Source: Syntrophaceae bacterium
Lineage (GTDB): Bacteria > Desulfobacterota > Syntrophia > Syntrophales > UBA4778
NCBI GenBank assembly: GCA_039680225.1
Contig: JBDKTK010000178.1
Location: 1 to 62,765 of the forward strand
Reading direction: 5' to 3'
DNA: 62,765 nucleotides
Both the position numbers and the translations under genes were made by a program. Under the pieces are notes generated by a model. The model saw nothing but the letters and a program-made list of their open reading frames with translations, did not search any database and was not told the origin of the DNA. Positions 7,473-16,608 of the stretch are shown here, piece by piece. Position 1 is the first letter of the stretch; each line of letters opens with the position of its first letter.

Positions 7473-9137
7473 ATGGTATCTTGTATGGACAATCTTCAGA
7501 CAGCGCTGCTGTTTACAGCGTACGTTATCCTTTTCCTGTTCGGGATGGCCCAGTTGAGCGCCACGGTGCAGAAGATAATGACCGTCCGCACCCGTGATTA
7601 TATCCGCTATGCCGTCAGGCGCCCCGTCAACGGCATCCTGACCGGTATATTCTCGACGGTCCTCCTGCAGAGCAGCACGGCAACATCTGTAATAGCAATA
7701 GGAATGGTCGGCGCGGGGCTGATCACTTTTTATAATTCGCTCGGGGTGATCCTGGGGGCCGATATCGGCACCAGCCTTACCGTTCAGTTGGTCGTCTGGA
7801 AGATCAACAAACTATCCCCGCTCTTTATCGCGGCGGGCGCGCTGGCCTGGATTGCAGGACGGGGCGCCTGGAAGAAATCGGGGGAGGCCGTTTTTTATTT
7901 CGGGCTGATGTTCCTGGGCCTGACGTTGACGGCGGAGACCGCGGCCCCCCTGAAAGACACTGAACTGTGGGCCCGCTATTACGCCGAGTTCAGAAATCCC
8001 CTGATCGGATTCATAGCCGGGGCGGCCTTTACCGGGCTGGTCCACTCCTCCCTGATCACGATCAGCATTCTCGCGATCCTGGCCCAGCAGGGGCTTGTCG
8101 ATCTCCAGGCCGCGATTCCCGTTGTGCTCGGGGCAAACCTGGGCACCACCATCACGGCCCTCCTGGCAAGCCTCGTTTCGAGCATAAACGGGAAGAGGAG
8201 CGCGGTTTCGCATTTCATCTTTAAAACGGCGGGGGCGGCAGCCGCCCTGATTTTCCTCCCGGCCTTTATCTCCCTGCTCGAATCCATCTCTTCCGATACG
8301 GCCCAGCAGATTGCGCTGGGGCATGTTGTCCTCAACCTGGGGATAGTGTTCGCCTTCACCCCGGCCCTGAAGCCCTTTTCCCGATGGGTGGAAAAGATCC
8401 TGCCGGGAAAAGAGGACACGCTCCCGCTCTGGCCTGAATTCCTGGACGACAAATGCATCGGGGAGGACCCCCGCGAAGCCCTGGACTGCGTGCAGAAGGA
8501 ATTGATGAGGGAGGCCGTCCTCGCGGGGAGAATGGCCGCAGATGCAATGTCGCTGCTTACCGGTTACAGCAAGGGAAAAACGAAAAACATATTTTACCTG
8601 GAACTGGTCGTCGACAACCTCCGCACCTCGATAATCCGCTACCTCTGGCAGCTCTCCAGCGGCAGCCTCTCCGAGGAGCTTTCCCGCAAGCTCTTCGCCT
8701 ATACAGCCATGGCCGAGGACATCGAGAGGATAGGCGACCATTGCGTGAACCTGGCGGACCTCGCCCGCAACAAGAACAACCGTCAGATCGAGTTCTCGAA
8801 GTCGGCTTATGCCGAACTCGGCGAGATAAGGGCCCTTAACCTCGAGAGCATTGCCGATGTGATAAAGCTCCTGGACAAGGGCGGCAAGGGCGAGATCCTG
8901 GCCATCCACGACCGGGAGGAAAAAATCGACCTGGCTGTCTGGGACGCCCGGGAAAAACACCTGGAGAGGTTCCATAAAAGATTGTGCCATGCGGAGGCCG
9001 GCCCCATCTTCATAGAGATGCTGGTCAACCTGGAGCGGATCTCCGATCACTGCCAGAACATTGCGGAATACGTGGCCGGCATCCAGTCCATCAGCTCGCA
9101 TCGATTCCGGTCAACCGGACCGGTCACGGCGATTTAA
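7473..9137 (+). CDS. Na/Pi cotransporter family protein with C-terminal PhoU-like repeats
   Basis: 554 aa. The N-terminal half is hydrophobic with duplicated QSS.A/GANLGTT motifs. The C-terminal half has two PhoU-like helical repeats (ERIGDHC, ERISDHC). Confidence 0.85.
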   Translation: MVSCMDNLQTALLFTAYVILFLFGMAQLSATVQKIMTVRTRDYIRYAVRRPVNGILTGIFSTVLLQSSTATSVIAIGMVGAGLITFYNSLGVILGADIGTSLTVQLVVWKINKLSPLFIAAGALAWIAGRGAWKKSGEAVFYFGLMFLGLTLTAETAAPLKDTELWARYYAEFRNPLIGFIAGAAFTGLVHSSLITISILAILAQQGLVDLQAAIPVVLGANLGTTITALLASLVSSINGKRSAVSHFIFKTAGAAAALIFLPAFISLLESISSDTAQQIALGHVVLNLGIVFAFTPALKPFSRWVEKILPGKEDTLPLWPEFLDDKCIGEDPREALDCVQKELMREAVLAGRMAADAMSLLTGYSKGKTKNIFYLELVVDNLRTSIIRYLWQLSSGSLSEELSRKLFAYTAMAEDIERIGDHCVNLADLARNKNNRQIEFSKSAYAELGEIRALNLESIADVIKLLDKGGKGEILAIHDREEKIDLAVWDAREKHLERFHKRLCHAEAGPIFIEMLVNLERISDHCQNIAEYVAGIQSISSHRFRSTGPVTAI

Positions 9138-9192
9138 TCCGGTTTTGCTTTAAATTTTTCTTCCTGTTAACATTTCATGCGGAGGCGAGGCC

Positions 9193-10203
9193 ATGCTGCA
9201 CGAGGCGAGTCTATATACAAGGAAGGAAGAGGGCAGGACCTCCTGCTGCCTTTGCTCCCATCGCTGCAACATTGCCCCGGGGAAATTCGGGATCTGCAAC
9301 GTCAGGGAGAATGTGGAAGGGACCCTGTACACTCATTCGTACGGATTATTGATCGCCCGCCATATCGACCCGGTTGAAAAGAAGCCCCTCTATCATTTTC
9401 AGCCCGGCTCCCTTTCGTATTCCATCGCGGCAGCGGGCTGCAACTTTCAATGCGAGTTCTGCCAGAACTGGGAGATATCGCAGATAAAAGAGGTAAAAAA
9501 GCTCGGGCTGCAGTCCATGAAAGCCGAGCCGCGGCAGATAGTCGAAGCCGCCTTGCGGAGCGGCTGCCGCAGCATTTCATACACTTACACAGAGCCGACT
9601 ATTTTCTTTGAGTTTGCCCGCGATACCGGCGTCCTGGCCAAAGAGGCGGCCCTGCGCAATGTCTTCGTTACCAACGGGTTTATGACAGGCGAAGCGCTCA
9701 ACGAGGCCCGCTCCTTTCTCGACGCCGCCAACGTGGACCTCAAGTCCTTCCGGGACGACTATTACCGCAAGGTCTGCAAGGGAAGGCTCGATCCCGTCCT
9801 CAAGAGCATCGCCAAAATGCGGGAGCACCAGGTCTGGGTAGAGGTCACGACCCTGATCGTGCCCGGGCTTAACGATTCCGACGAAGAATTAAAGGACATA
9901 GCCGGTTTCCTCGCCGGCCTGGACGTGAACATACCCTGGCACATCAGCCGTTTCCACCCGCAGTACAAGATGGGAGGCGCCGAAAGCACCCCGATGGAGA
10001 CCCTCAACCGCGCCTATAGAATCGGCAAAGAGGCGGGGCTGAGATTTGTCTACCAGGGAAACGTCATCGGCAAAGGGAACCATACATATTGCTACAATTG
10101 CGACCGGCTCCTCATTGAGCGCAGCGGTTTCAATGTCGGCAGGAACGAAACCCGGGAAGGGAAGTGCCCGGGGTGCAACTCCCCCATTGCCGGGCTTGCG
10201 TGA
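9193..10203 (+). CDS. amrS: AmmeMemoRadiSam system radical SAM enzyme
   Basis: 336 aa. N-terminal Cys cluster C.LC.HRC.I..G..G.C, radical SAM site CNFQCEFCQNW, C-terminal CPGC, as in the AmrS/PflA-like family. Confidence 0.8.
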   Translation: MLHEASLYTRKEEGRTSCCLCSHRCNIAPGKFGICNVRENVEGTLYTHSYGLLIARHIDPVEKKPLYHFQPGSLSYSIAAAGCNFQCEFCQNWEISQIKEVKKLGLQSMKAEPRQIVEAALRSGCRSISYTYTEPTIFFEFARDTGVLAKEAALRNVFVTNGFMTGEALNEARSFLDAANVDLKSFRDDYYRKVCKGRLDPVLKSIAKMREHQVWVEVTTLIVPGLNDSDEELKDIAGFLAGLDVNIPWHISRFHPQYKMGGAESTPMETLNRAYRIGKEAGLRFVYQGNVIGKGNHTYCYNCDRLLIERSGFNVGRNETREGKCPGCNSPIAGLA

Positions 10204-10205
10204 AT

Positions 10206-10305
10206 AAAGGAGGTCTCAAACAGGGGACCGATTCTTTGCCGGCGGTCCGCAGTGCCGGTCCCAATCCTTATTAAGGGCGGTCTCTATAGGGCCCGATTCT
10301 TTAAA
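10206..10305. repeat. Two imperfect copies of a direct repeat of about 30 nt (GGTCTC-N4/5-AGGGNNCCGATTCTTT)
   Basis: 10206-10240 aaaggaggtctcaaacaggggaccgattctttgcc versus 10271-10305 taagggcggtctctatagggcccgattctttaaag, in the convergent intergenic gap. Confidence 0.5.
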
Positions 10306-10309
10306 GGGA

Positions 10310-12181
10310 TCAGTTGATCCGGAAGAGACAATAACTTTTATCCTGCCTTGCCGCCGAACAATATCCGGAAACAAATCCCGCAAACATCTCTTTCTCCTGC
10401 ATGGACAGCAGGCTGCGGCCGCCGAAAATGTAATTCATGTCGCACAGCAGGTGTGAAAACCCCCTGCTCTTGAAAGTCCTGTGCACATCTTCCGGAGAAG
10501 AAGATTGAGAGAGGATTTTCTGGAGGGTATAAGACTCGAACATGGAATCGGAATAGTACTCACGGTCGCATAGAAACCCCCAGTTTTTCATGTACACAAA
10601 AAATATTTTCGCCTCCCCGGGCAGCGCCTGGTTGATATAGCTGAACATGGCATAAGAGGGAATCCGCCGTCCCAGATATGATTCCCTGTCTTCAAAGCCG
10701 ATTGCGGCCCCCAGCGGCCTGGTGTGATGCAGATATTTCGCGATCGAGAACCCGTTATAAACGATACTTCCCGCCGCCAGGACAATCAGGGGAATGAAGA
10801 GAAGGTTCCGCATTCTGGCGCGGGCCAGAATCCAACCCGTGAGGACCGAAAAAAGCGGGAATATCGGAAACAGGTATCGCACCTGCTGGGCGGAAAACGT
10901 CCAGAATACGAACAGGGAAGCAGTGTATATTAAAATGATCCGGATATTGGCCGGGATGTTTCCTGCTGCGAACAGGAAGGGAAGGGTCAGGATAAATACG
11001 GGCCCAATGAGACCGTCGAAATTGAGGCTGTCCATTGCCGCACGGAAACTCAGGTTCCAGGGGAGGAGCAGATAGTCGATCCACTCCCGTCCCATTCCCA
11101 ACCGCCAAACGAATTGGTCATATAATTGGGCCTGCCTGGGGTCCCAACCGGGCCCTCCGAAAACGGAATAAAAAAAAGGATAAAGCGGATTGCCGCTCAG
11201 GATTGCGTTTTTAACATAGAAAGGAAGTCCCGCAGCGACGGTCACGGCTGCGTACAATAAAAGGTTGTACAACGCTTCACGCCCATGTTCCCGTTTATGA
11301 TGCGATACCCACAAGATACCCAGGCATCCCAGAAATGGCAGGAATAGACCGTTGTATTTGCTGGCCAGGGCAAGACCGGAGAAAAGGCCGCATAAGACCA
11401 GCCATGCCCGTTCGTTCTGATTGACCCATTGAAGATACGCCAATAGAGCGCCGATCGCATAGTAAGTGAAGAAAAGATCGATGTACGCCATGGGCGCTGT
11501 GAGGAAAACCGACGGGATCGACAGAAAAATGAGCATGCTGAGCCAGGGATATGAACTGTCTATCGTTTTCAGCCTGGAAAACCGGCGGATCCCCAGCATT
11601 ACGAAAAGGAGCGCGATGAAATGCATTCCCTTTGCGACGATTTCACCCCGGAGAAAAAGCCCGGCAGTAAAAAGCATCTCGTTGAGCAGCGGGTAATTGG
11701 AAAAAATATTCCCGGGTATGAAATAAAAGCCCTCATGCTTTAAAAAGAGCTTGGGAACAGCGAGATGGTAAATGAGAGCGTCCTTCCCTGTTTCCGGCGC
11801 CAGGGTCAAGAGGAGGCAGGCGAAAAGGCCCGCTGCCGTCAAAACGGCGGCCGCCCATTCAATTGCCGAATCCGGCTTGATGCTTAAAGTCTTTAAGCCC
11901 GGCAAGGGCCATGACCGGTACCATCCGGCAAGCGACAGGATGGCGAGCAGAACAATCAGAAGGCTCAATGCAGAAGGATTGAGAAGCTGGAACGCCCCAA
12001 GGATAAAAACGGAGTAACCTGCGATCGCAAAGCCGAAACCGGCGGAGAAAAAAACTTTTTCTCCGAAGCCGCTGAAAAGACCGCCAAATCTGCCGGTGAC
12101 AAGCAGTCCGAGACCGATGATGATGAGGATAACGGCTGTTAAACAGACGAGGTTGGTGATTTGAAAAAGTATGTGCGACAT
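10310..12181 (-). CDS. Polytopic membrane protein, putative GT-C fold glycosyltransferase (family 39/83-like)
   Basis: More than 12 hydrophobic segments in the N-terminal two thirds, a GKDALIYH loop after the early TMs and a soluble C-terminal domain. Family assignment is by architecture only. Start taken at ATG 12181; TTG 12199 is also in frame. Confidence 0.55.
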   Translation of the reverse strand: MSHILFQITNLVCLTAVILIIIGLGLLVTGRFGGLFSGFGEKVFFSAGFGFAIAGYSVFILGAFQLLNPSALSLLIVLLAILSLAGWYRSWPLPGLKTLSIKPDSAIEWAAAVLTAAGLFACLLLTLAPETGKDALIYHLAVPKLFLKHEGFYFIPGNIFSNYPLLNEMLFTAGLFLRGEIVAKGMHFIALLFVMLGIRRFSRLKTIDSSYPWLSMLIFLSIPSVFLTAPMAYIDLFFTYYAIGALLAYLQWVNQNERAWLVLCGLFSGLALASKYNGLFLPFLGCLGILWVSHHKREHGREALYNLLLYAAVTVAAGLPFYVKNAILSGNPLYPFFYSVFGGPGWDPRQAQLYDQFVWRLGMGREWIDYLLLPWNLSFRAAMDSLNFDGLIGPVFILTLPFLFAAGNIPANIRIILIYTASLFVFWTFSAQQVRYLFPIFPLFSVLTGWILARARMRNLLFIPLIVLAAGSIVYNGFSIAKYLHHTRPLGAAIGFEDRESYLGRRIPSYAMFSYINQALPGEAKIFFVYMKNWGFLCDREYYSDSMFESYTLQKILSQSSSPEDVHRTFKSRGFSHLLCDMNYIFGGRSLLSMQEKEMFAGFVSGYCSAARQDKSYCLFRIN

Positions 12182-12421
12182 GTATGGCTGTAATATCAAA
12201 TTGCCGGAGGGGGGGCAATGCCAAGTTCAAACCTTCTCAGGCATAAAGTGTTTATCGCTCACCATAAAGAGCAAATTTAATCATCTTTTTTTCTGTAACC
12301 CATAAGCCGCTGTAATTGTTACCCACAGTAAGAATTTTAAAATATCTCCAAATAGTGTATTACATGGTTCCGTAATGCAGTTTATTTTTGCAATAAATGA
12401 AATACTGAGAGCACGATTCAA

Positions 12422-12838
12422 ATGGAATTAATCTCCAGCAAGCCCAATGTCCTGATGGGTTACATCCTGTGGTTCTTCGGATTCACGGGTTCGGAAAGGT
12501 TCTATTTCGGCAAGCCGGTCTCGGGCACGATTTACTTTTTTACCTTCGGCCTGCTGGGGATCGGCTGGCTGATAGACCTGTTTCTGATCCCCTCCATGGC
12601 GCGCCAGGCCGATTTAAGATTTCAGGAGGGGAGCATAGATTACAATATCGCCTGGATACTGCTCACCTACCTGGGCCTTTTCGGGATACACCGGTTTTAT
12701 ATAGGCAAGTGGAAGACCGGCATCCTGTACCTGCTCACCTTCGGCATTCTGGGGATCGGCTACATATATGATTTCTGGACGCTCAACGAGCAGATCACTT
12801 CCATAAACAGTTCCGAAATCCCGAACGCGGAAGAATAG
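12422..12838 (+). CDS. TM2 domain-containing protein (two TM2 repeats)
   Basis: 138 aa with duplicated G..RFY.GK...G..Y..TFG.LGIG...D motifs typical of TM2 domains. Confidence 0.8.
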   Translation: MELISSKPNVLMGYILWFFGFTGSERFYFGKPVSGTIYFFTFGLLGIGWLIDLFLIPSMARQADLRFQEGSIDYNIAWILLTYLGLFGIHRFYIGKWKTGILYLLTFGILGIGYIYDFWTLNEQITSINSSEIPNAEE

Positions 12839-12846
12839 ATTGATAT

Positions 12847-14490
12847 CTATTGCCCCTTCTTCACCGTCCACGGCGGGACGTATTCCAGGTAGCGGCCCAC
12901 GTACTCCATGTTCTTCGCCTCGAACTCATCGATCTTTGCAGTCAGCACGAATTCCTCGTCGAACTCGGCCACCATCTTTTTCATGAGGTCGAGCGGCTTC
13001 TCGCCCAGGGTCTTCAACAGCAGCGCAAAATAATAGGGGCGCTGGTTCAGGAGATTGAACAGGCGCAGGATAGAGCAATAGAAGCGGACCTTCGGCTCGG
13101 GCAGGTGATTGAGATAAGGGTTGGCGCTGAGGTACGACCAGTCGTCCTTGAATTCCTCATAGCGGAACAGGTAGGCGCCGTAGCAGTCCGGGTGGAGGGA
13201 ATACCTCGAGATATGCAGGTTGCCCTTCTCCTGTTCAAAAGAGTCCGTCCCGGGCATGTAGCACAGCGGATGGACAAGACAGATGCTCTTGCCTTTCTGG
13301 GGCAGCTTGTCCTGCGCGGTCTCTGCCAGCATTTTATTCAGGTCCTCAAACCTCAGGCCGGTCGCGCATTCAATTGCGTAAGTCATCGTGTTGTCGAGGT
13401 CCGCATCGGTCTCCTCGGGGAAACCGGCAATAAAGCTTCCGATCATGGAGATCCCCTGCGCGTTGAAGGCCTGGAGCTTTTCAAAAGTGGCCGCCGTGTC
13501 CACGACCTTGCGGATCGCTTTCTGCGCATTGCGGTTGGGAGTTTCGAAACCGGTGAAGATGAGCTTGCAGCCGGCCCTGGCGAGCATGGCCGCCGAATTT
13601 TCCGAAAGCCGGTCAAGACGGGAATAGCATCCCCACGGGATTTTGACGCCCCCGCTGATCAACGCCTCGCAAAGCTCCTTGAGGAATTTTTCCTCGAGGT
13701 TGTCCTGGGTGAAGAAGCTGAAGTCGAAGCCCCTGGCGGCGCAGAATTTCATCTCTGCGATTATCTCCGGGACGGGGCGGTACCGGACGTTGCTTTCCCA
13801 CATCTTGGCAGGCGCGCAGAAAGTGCAGCGGAAGGGACATCCCCTGCCGGATTCGATCAGGACGAAGCCGGGGTGGATGTACGGGCTCTTCCGGTTGTTC
13901 CGGAGGTATTCGTCCGTGTCGACAATGGAATAATCCGGTGAAGGTATCGGCTCATCCTGGGCAAGGCAGAGCCTCGGGTTCTCCAGAACTTTGCCGTTTT
14001 CGCGGTAAACGACCGAGGGCACCCGGGAAAAGTTCCTGCCATTGAGCGCTTCGGGGATGAGGTGCTTCAGGACGGTCTCACCCTCGCCCTTGACGATCAC
14101 GTCGATATCTTCGCAGCGCTTCATCGCCTCGTATGCCATGAGGGTCGGGCCGACGCCTCCGACCACGGTGAGGCACGAGGGCAGCTCGCGCTTGATTATC
14201 TTTGAAAGTTTCAGGACAACTATATGATTAAGGCCGTGCACCGTAAAGAGCAGGAGGTCGGGTTTCTTGCCGATTATGAGTTCGCTCGCTTTCCGGTAGA
14301 AAGTGTCGTCGTCGGAGAAGATGCCCTGTTTGAGCATGAGGTCCATATCAACAATTTCATGGGAAAAATCGCTGCCGTTGCCGCTGATCTTTTTCAGGCA
14401 GGCGCTTAAAACAAGCAGCGGGAGGGGAATAAACGCCGTTTTGTTGACATAGATAGAGATGGGCGGATTAATCAGCAATATCTTTTTCAT
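12847..14490 (-). CDS. B12-binding domain-containing radical SAM protein
   Basis: 547 aa. N-terminal cobalamin-binding-like Rossmann segment (DLLLFTVHG...VVGGVGPT...VKGEGE), then ESGRGCPFRCTFCAP. About 150 aa of C-terminal extension of unknown function. Confidence 0.8.
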   Translation of the reverse strand: MKKILLINPPISIYVNKTAFIPLPLLVLSACLKKISGNGSDFSHEIVDMDLMLKQGIFSDDDTFYRKASELIIGKKPDLLLFTVHGLNHIVVLKLSKIIKRELPSCLTVVGGVGPTLMAYEAMKRCEDIDVIVKGEGETVLKHLIPEALNGRNFSRVPSVVYRENGKVLENPRLCLAQDEPIPSPDYSIVDTDEYLRNNRKSPYIHPGFVLIESGRGCPFRCTFCAPAKMWESNVRYRPVPEIIAEMKFCAARGFDFSFFTQDNLEEKFLKELCEALISGGVKIPWGCYSRLDRLSENSAAMLARAGCKLIFTGFETPNRNAQKAIRKVVDTAATFEKLQAFNAQGISMIGSFIAGFPEETDADLDNTMTYAIECATGLRFEDLNKMLAETAQDKLPQKGKSICLVHPLCYMPGTDSFEQEKGNLHISRYSLHPDCYGAYLFRYEEFKDDWSYLSANPYLNHLPEPKVRFYCSILRLFNLLNQRPYYFALLLKTLGEKPLDLMKKMVAEFDEEFVLTAKIDEFEAKNMEYVGRYLEYVPPWTVKKGQ

Positions 14491-14523
14491 TTTTTCCCTC
14501 CACTGAGTTTTTTAGCTGTTTCG

Positions 14524-16146
14524 TTAATGCTTAAAGCGGTTGCCCGGGTTCTCCATGAGGGCGGGCGCGCGACCTTCATCCGAAGCGCCCGTTTCCCTGC
14601 CCTTATACTTCAGAAAGACCCCGCCCTTCATCACCATGCTGACAGAGTCCAGGACCGAAACATCCGCCAGCGGGTCGCCGTCCACCGCGACCAGGTCGGC
14701 GAGCTTTCCTGCCTGGACCGCCCCGAGGTCTTTAAGGCCGTAGATCCCGGCGTTTACTGACGTAAGGTATTTCAGGATATCGAAGCAGGATATGCCGAAG
14801 TCCTCGTAATAGGCTATTTCCGAACCTGCCCTGCCGAAAAAGCCCGTGAACGTCCCGCCACTGTCGCTGCCGAAGCCGATTATCCCCGCGTCGTGGGCCT
14901 TCCGGGTATTGAGCCTGACTGTTTCGAACTGGTCGCGGAAATAAGCGGTGTCGATCTCCAGCACAGTGCGGCCGCTGGACTGTTCGAGGTCAATCAGCTG
15001 CCGGATCCTGGACCTGATCTGCGAGTTAGCCTCGGGCATCATATGCGCCTGCGGCCCCTTTTCCAGCCATGATATGAAATCTTTCAGATGGAACGCGTCC
15101 CCGTATACCATCACAGTCGGAATAATATAAAATCCGTTATCGCGCATTTTTTTGATAAGGTCGGATTTCAGCTCCGCATCGAAAGCCATATGATTGACCC
15201 TGATCATCGCTCCGGCCTCGATGGCGATGTCGACGCACTGTTCGACGTCGGCGCTGTACGGCATATGGATGTCCACGACGAGGCCGGTATCTTTGCCGGC
15301 GTTAAAAATTGCCTTCATCCAATCCGCATCAAACATCGGGAACCGGCCGGCGGGGTCCCTTTTCCTGGAAAAGGGATACGACTGGTAAGTGGCCTTCAGG
15401 TGCGCTCCGCCGTTTTCCTTCACCCTGTAACAGCAGCGTTTCAATTCGGCGAGGGTTTCCGGCCTGGTGGCCACCTGCCCTTCGAGCAGCCAGGCATTGA
15501 AAGGGTTCAAGAGTGCAACCTGGGAGGGGTATCCAAGCCTCTTCCCGTCTTTCGGAGATATCAGCGTATAGGAGTTCAGGTATCGGGGGCCGGGAATTTT
15601 GTTCAGGTCCGACAACCTGGTAAATTCCCTGATGATGCCCTGCGGGCCTCCCATGTCGCAAACAGTCGTGAAGCCGCTGCCGACCGTCCGCATATTGTTT
15701 TTGGCAATCTGCAGGGGCATCTCGCGGACGGCGGAAAGGGTCATGTCATATGTGAAAGGGGAGCATTCATGGACGTGGCCGTCGATCATTCCGGGCATGA
15801 CGGTCTGCCCGCCGGCATCGTAAACATGAAAACCGCCGGGGACGCCGACCTGGCCGCTGCCGCCGACTTGCGATATCCTGTCGCCCTCGACGAGCACAGT
15901 CATGTTCTTTTTCAGTTCGGGGCTGGTCCCGTCGAAGACGCTGCAGTTCGTGAACGCAACGCGCTTCCCGGAATTGTTTGCTTCATGTTTGAGGGGGCTG
16001 GTTGCGAGCAGGGGAGAGATATAATCGCCCATGCTGATGCTTTTAACTGCGGACCTCAGCCTGGTATCGATGCTCTCAGGAATTTTCATGTAGTGATCTT
16101 TTGTGTTCGTACTGGAAACGAGGCCTTTAATTGAAATCCCGCCCAT
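14524..16146 (-). CDS. Amidohydrolase family protein (metal-dependent hydrolase)
   Basis: 540 aa with PGMIDGHVH metal-binding motif and C-terminal G.L..GK.ADLV....DPL motif. The start is uncertain (an internal ATG at 16089 is also possible). Confidence 0.75.
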   Translation of the reverse strand: MGGISIKGLVSSTNTKDHYMKIPESIDTRLRSAVKSISMGDYISPLLATSPLKHEANNSGKRVAFTNCSVFDGTSPELKKNMTVLVEGDRISQVGGSGQVGVPGGFHVYDAGGQTVMPGMIDGHVHECSPFTYDMTLSAVREMPLQIAKNNMRTVGSGFTTVCDMGGPQGIIREFTRLSDLNKIPGPRYLNSYTLISPKDGKRLGYPSQVALLNPFNAWLLEGQVATRPETLAELKRCCYRVKENGGAHLKATYQSYPFSRKRDPAGRFPMFDADWMKAIFNAGKDTGLVVDIHMPYSADVEQCVDIAIEAGAMIRVNHMAFDAELKSDLIKKMRDNGFYIIPTVMVYGDAFHLKDFISWLEKGPQAHMMPEANSQIRSRIRQLIDLEQSSGRTVLEIDTAYFRDQFETVRLNTRKAHDAGIIGFGSDSGGTFTGFFGRAGSEIAYYEDFGISCFDILKYLTSVNAGIYGLKDLGAVQAGKLADLVAVDGDPLADVSVLDSVSMVMKGGVFLKYKGRETGASDEGRAPALMENPGNRFKH

Positions 16147-16284
16147 TCCGGTTCAATATTCAATCGAGATCAATCGAATCTGTTTGATAAAATTGGTGAA
16201 CACTTGCTTCAAATCAGCTGCTTTGTCAACTCTTTTTTGAAATGGAGGGCATCTATCCCGGCGGCCTGACAGAGCTTTTGACTG

Positions 16285-16608
16285 CTATCGCTCGAGTTCC
16301 CAATCTATTTCCATCTCCAGGATCCCCGAGGAGAAGGCCTTCCCGTGGGCGTCCAGCTCCAGGGCGGCGGAGACCCCGCCCTTGCGCGTCCCGCGGAGGA
16401 CGAAGTTGAAACCCTTGAGGGAAGGCAGGTCGAAACGGACCACGTCGCCGGAGACCAGCCCCGCAAAATGCTCCTTGACCGCCTGGGGCGTCAGCGCTTC
16501 CTTAAGCATGGGATAGTGGTCTTCGTTGTACGGGAACACGGCGACATTTGTTATCTCGCCTTTGTCGCCGGCGCGGGCGTGGGCTATTTGATGAAGCTTG
16601 ATTTTCAT
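16285..16608 (-). CDS. Small partner protein of AtuA/DUF1446 (corresponds to the C-terminal domain of full-length AtuA; DUF4387-like)
   Basis: 107 aa with an AHARAGDKG motif. The ATG overlaps the stop of the upstream DUF1446 gene (ATGA). Confidence 0.65.
   Translation of the reverse strand: MKIKLHQIAHARAGDKGEITNVAVFPYNEDHYPMLKEALTPQAVKEHFAGLVSGDVVRFDLPSLKGFNFVLRGTRKGGVSAALELDAHGKAFSSGILEMEIDWELER

Noticed and set aside
7812-9101. Long antisense or out-of-frame track ORFs. Examples: 7812..9101(-), 12850..13941(+), 15088..16134(+), 17343..18395(+), 23223..24119(-), 31248..32192(+), 32086..33027(+), 35409..36578(+).
   Set aside because: Each lies entirely inside a gene with clear family signatures on the other strand or frame. 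Their translations are Arg/Gly/Pro/Ala-rich low-complexity strings typical of shadow ORFs in GC-rich DNA and carry no recognisable motifs.
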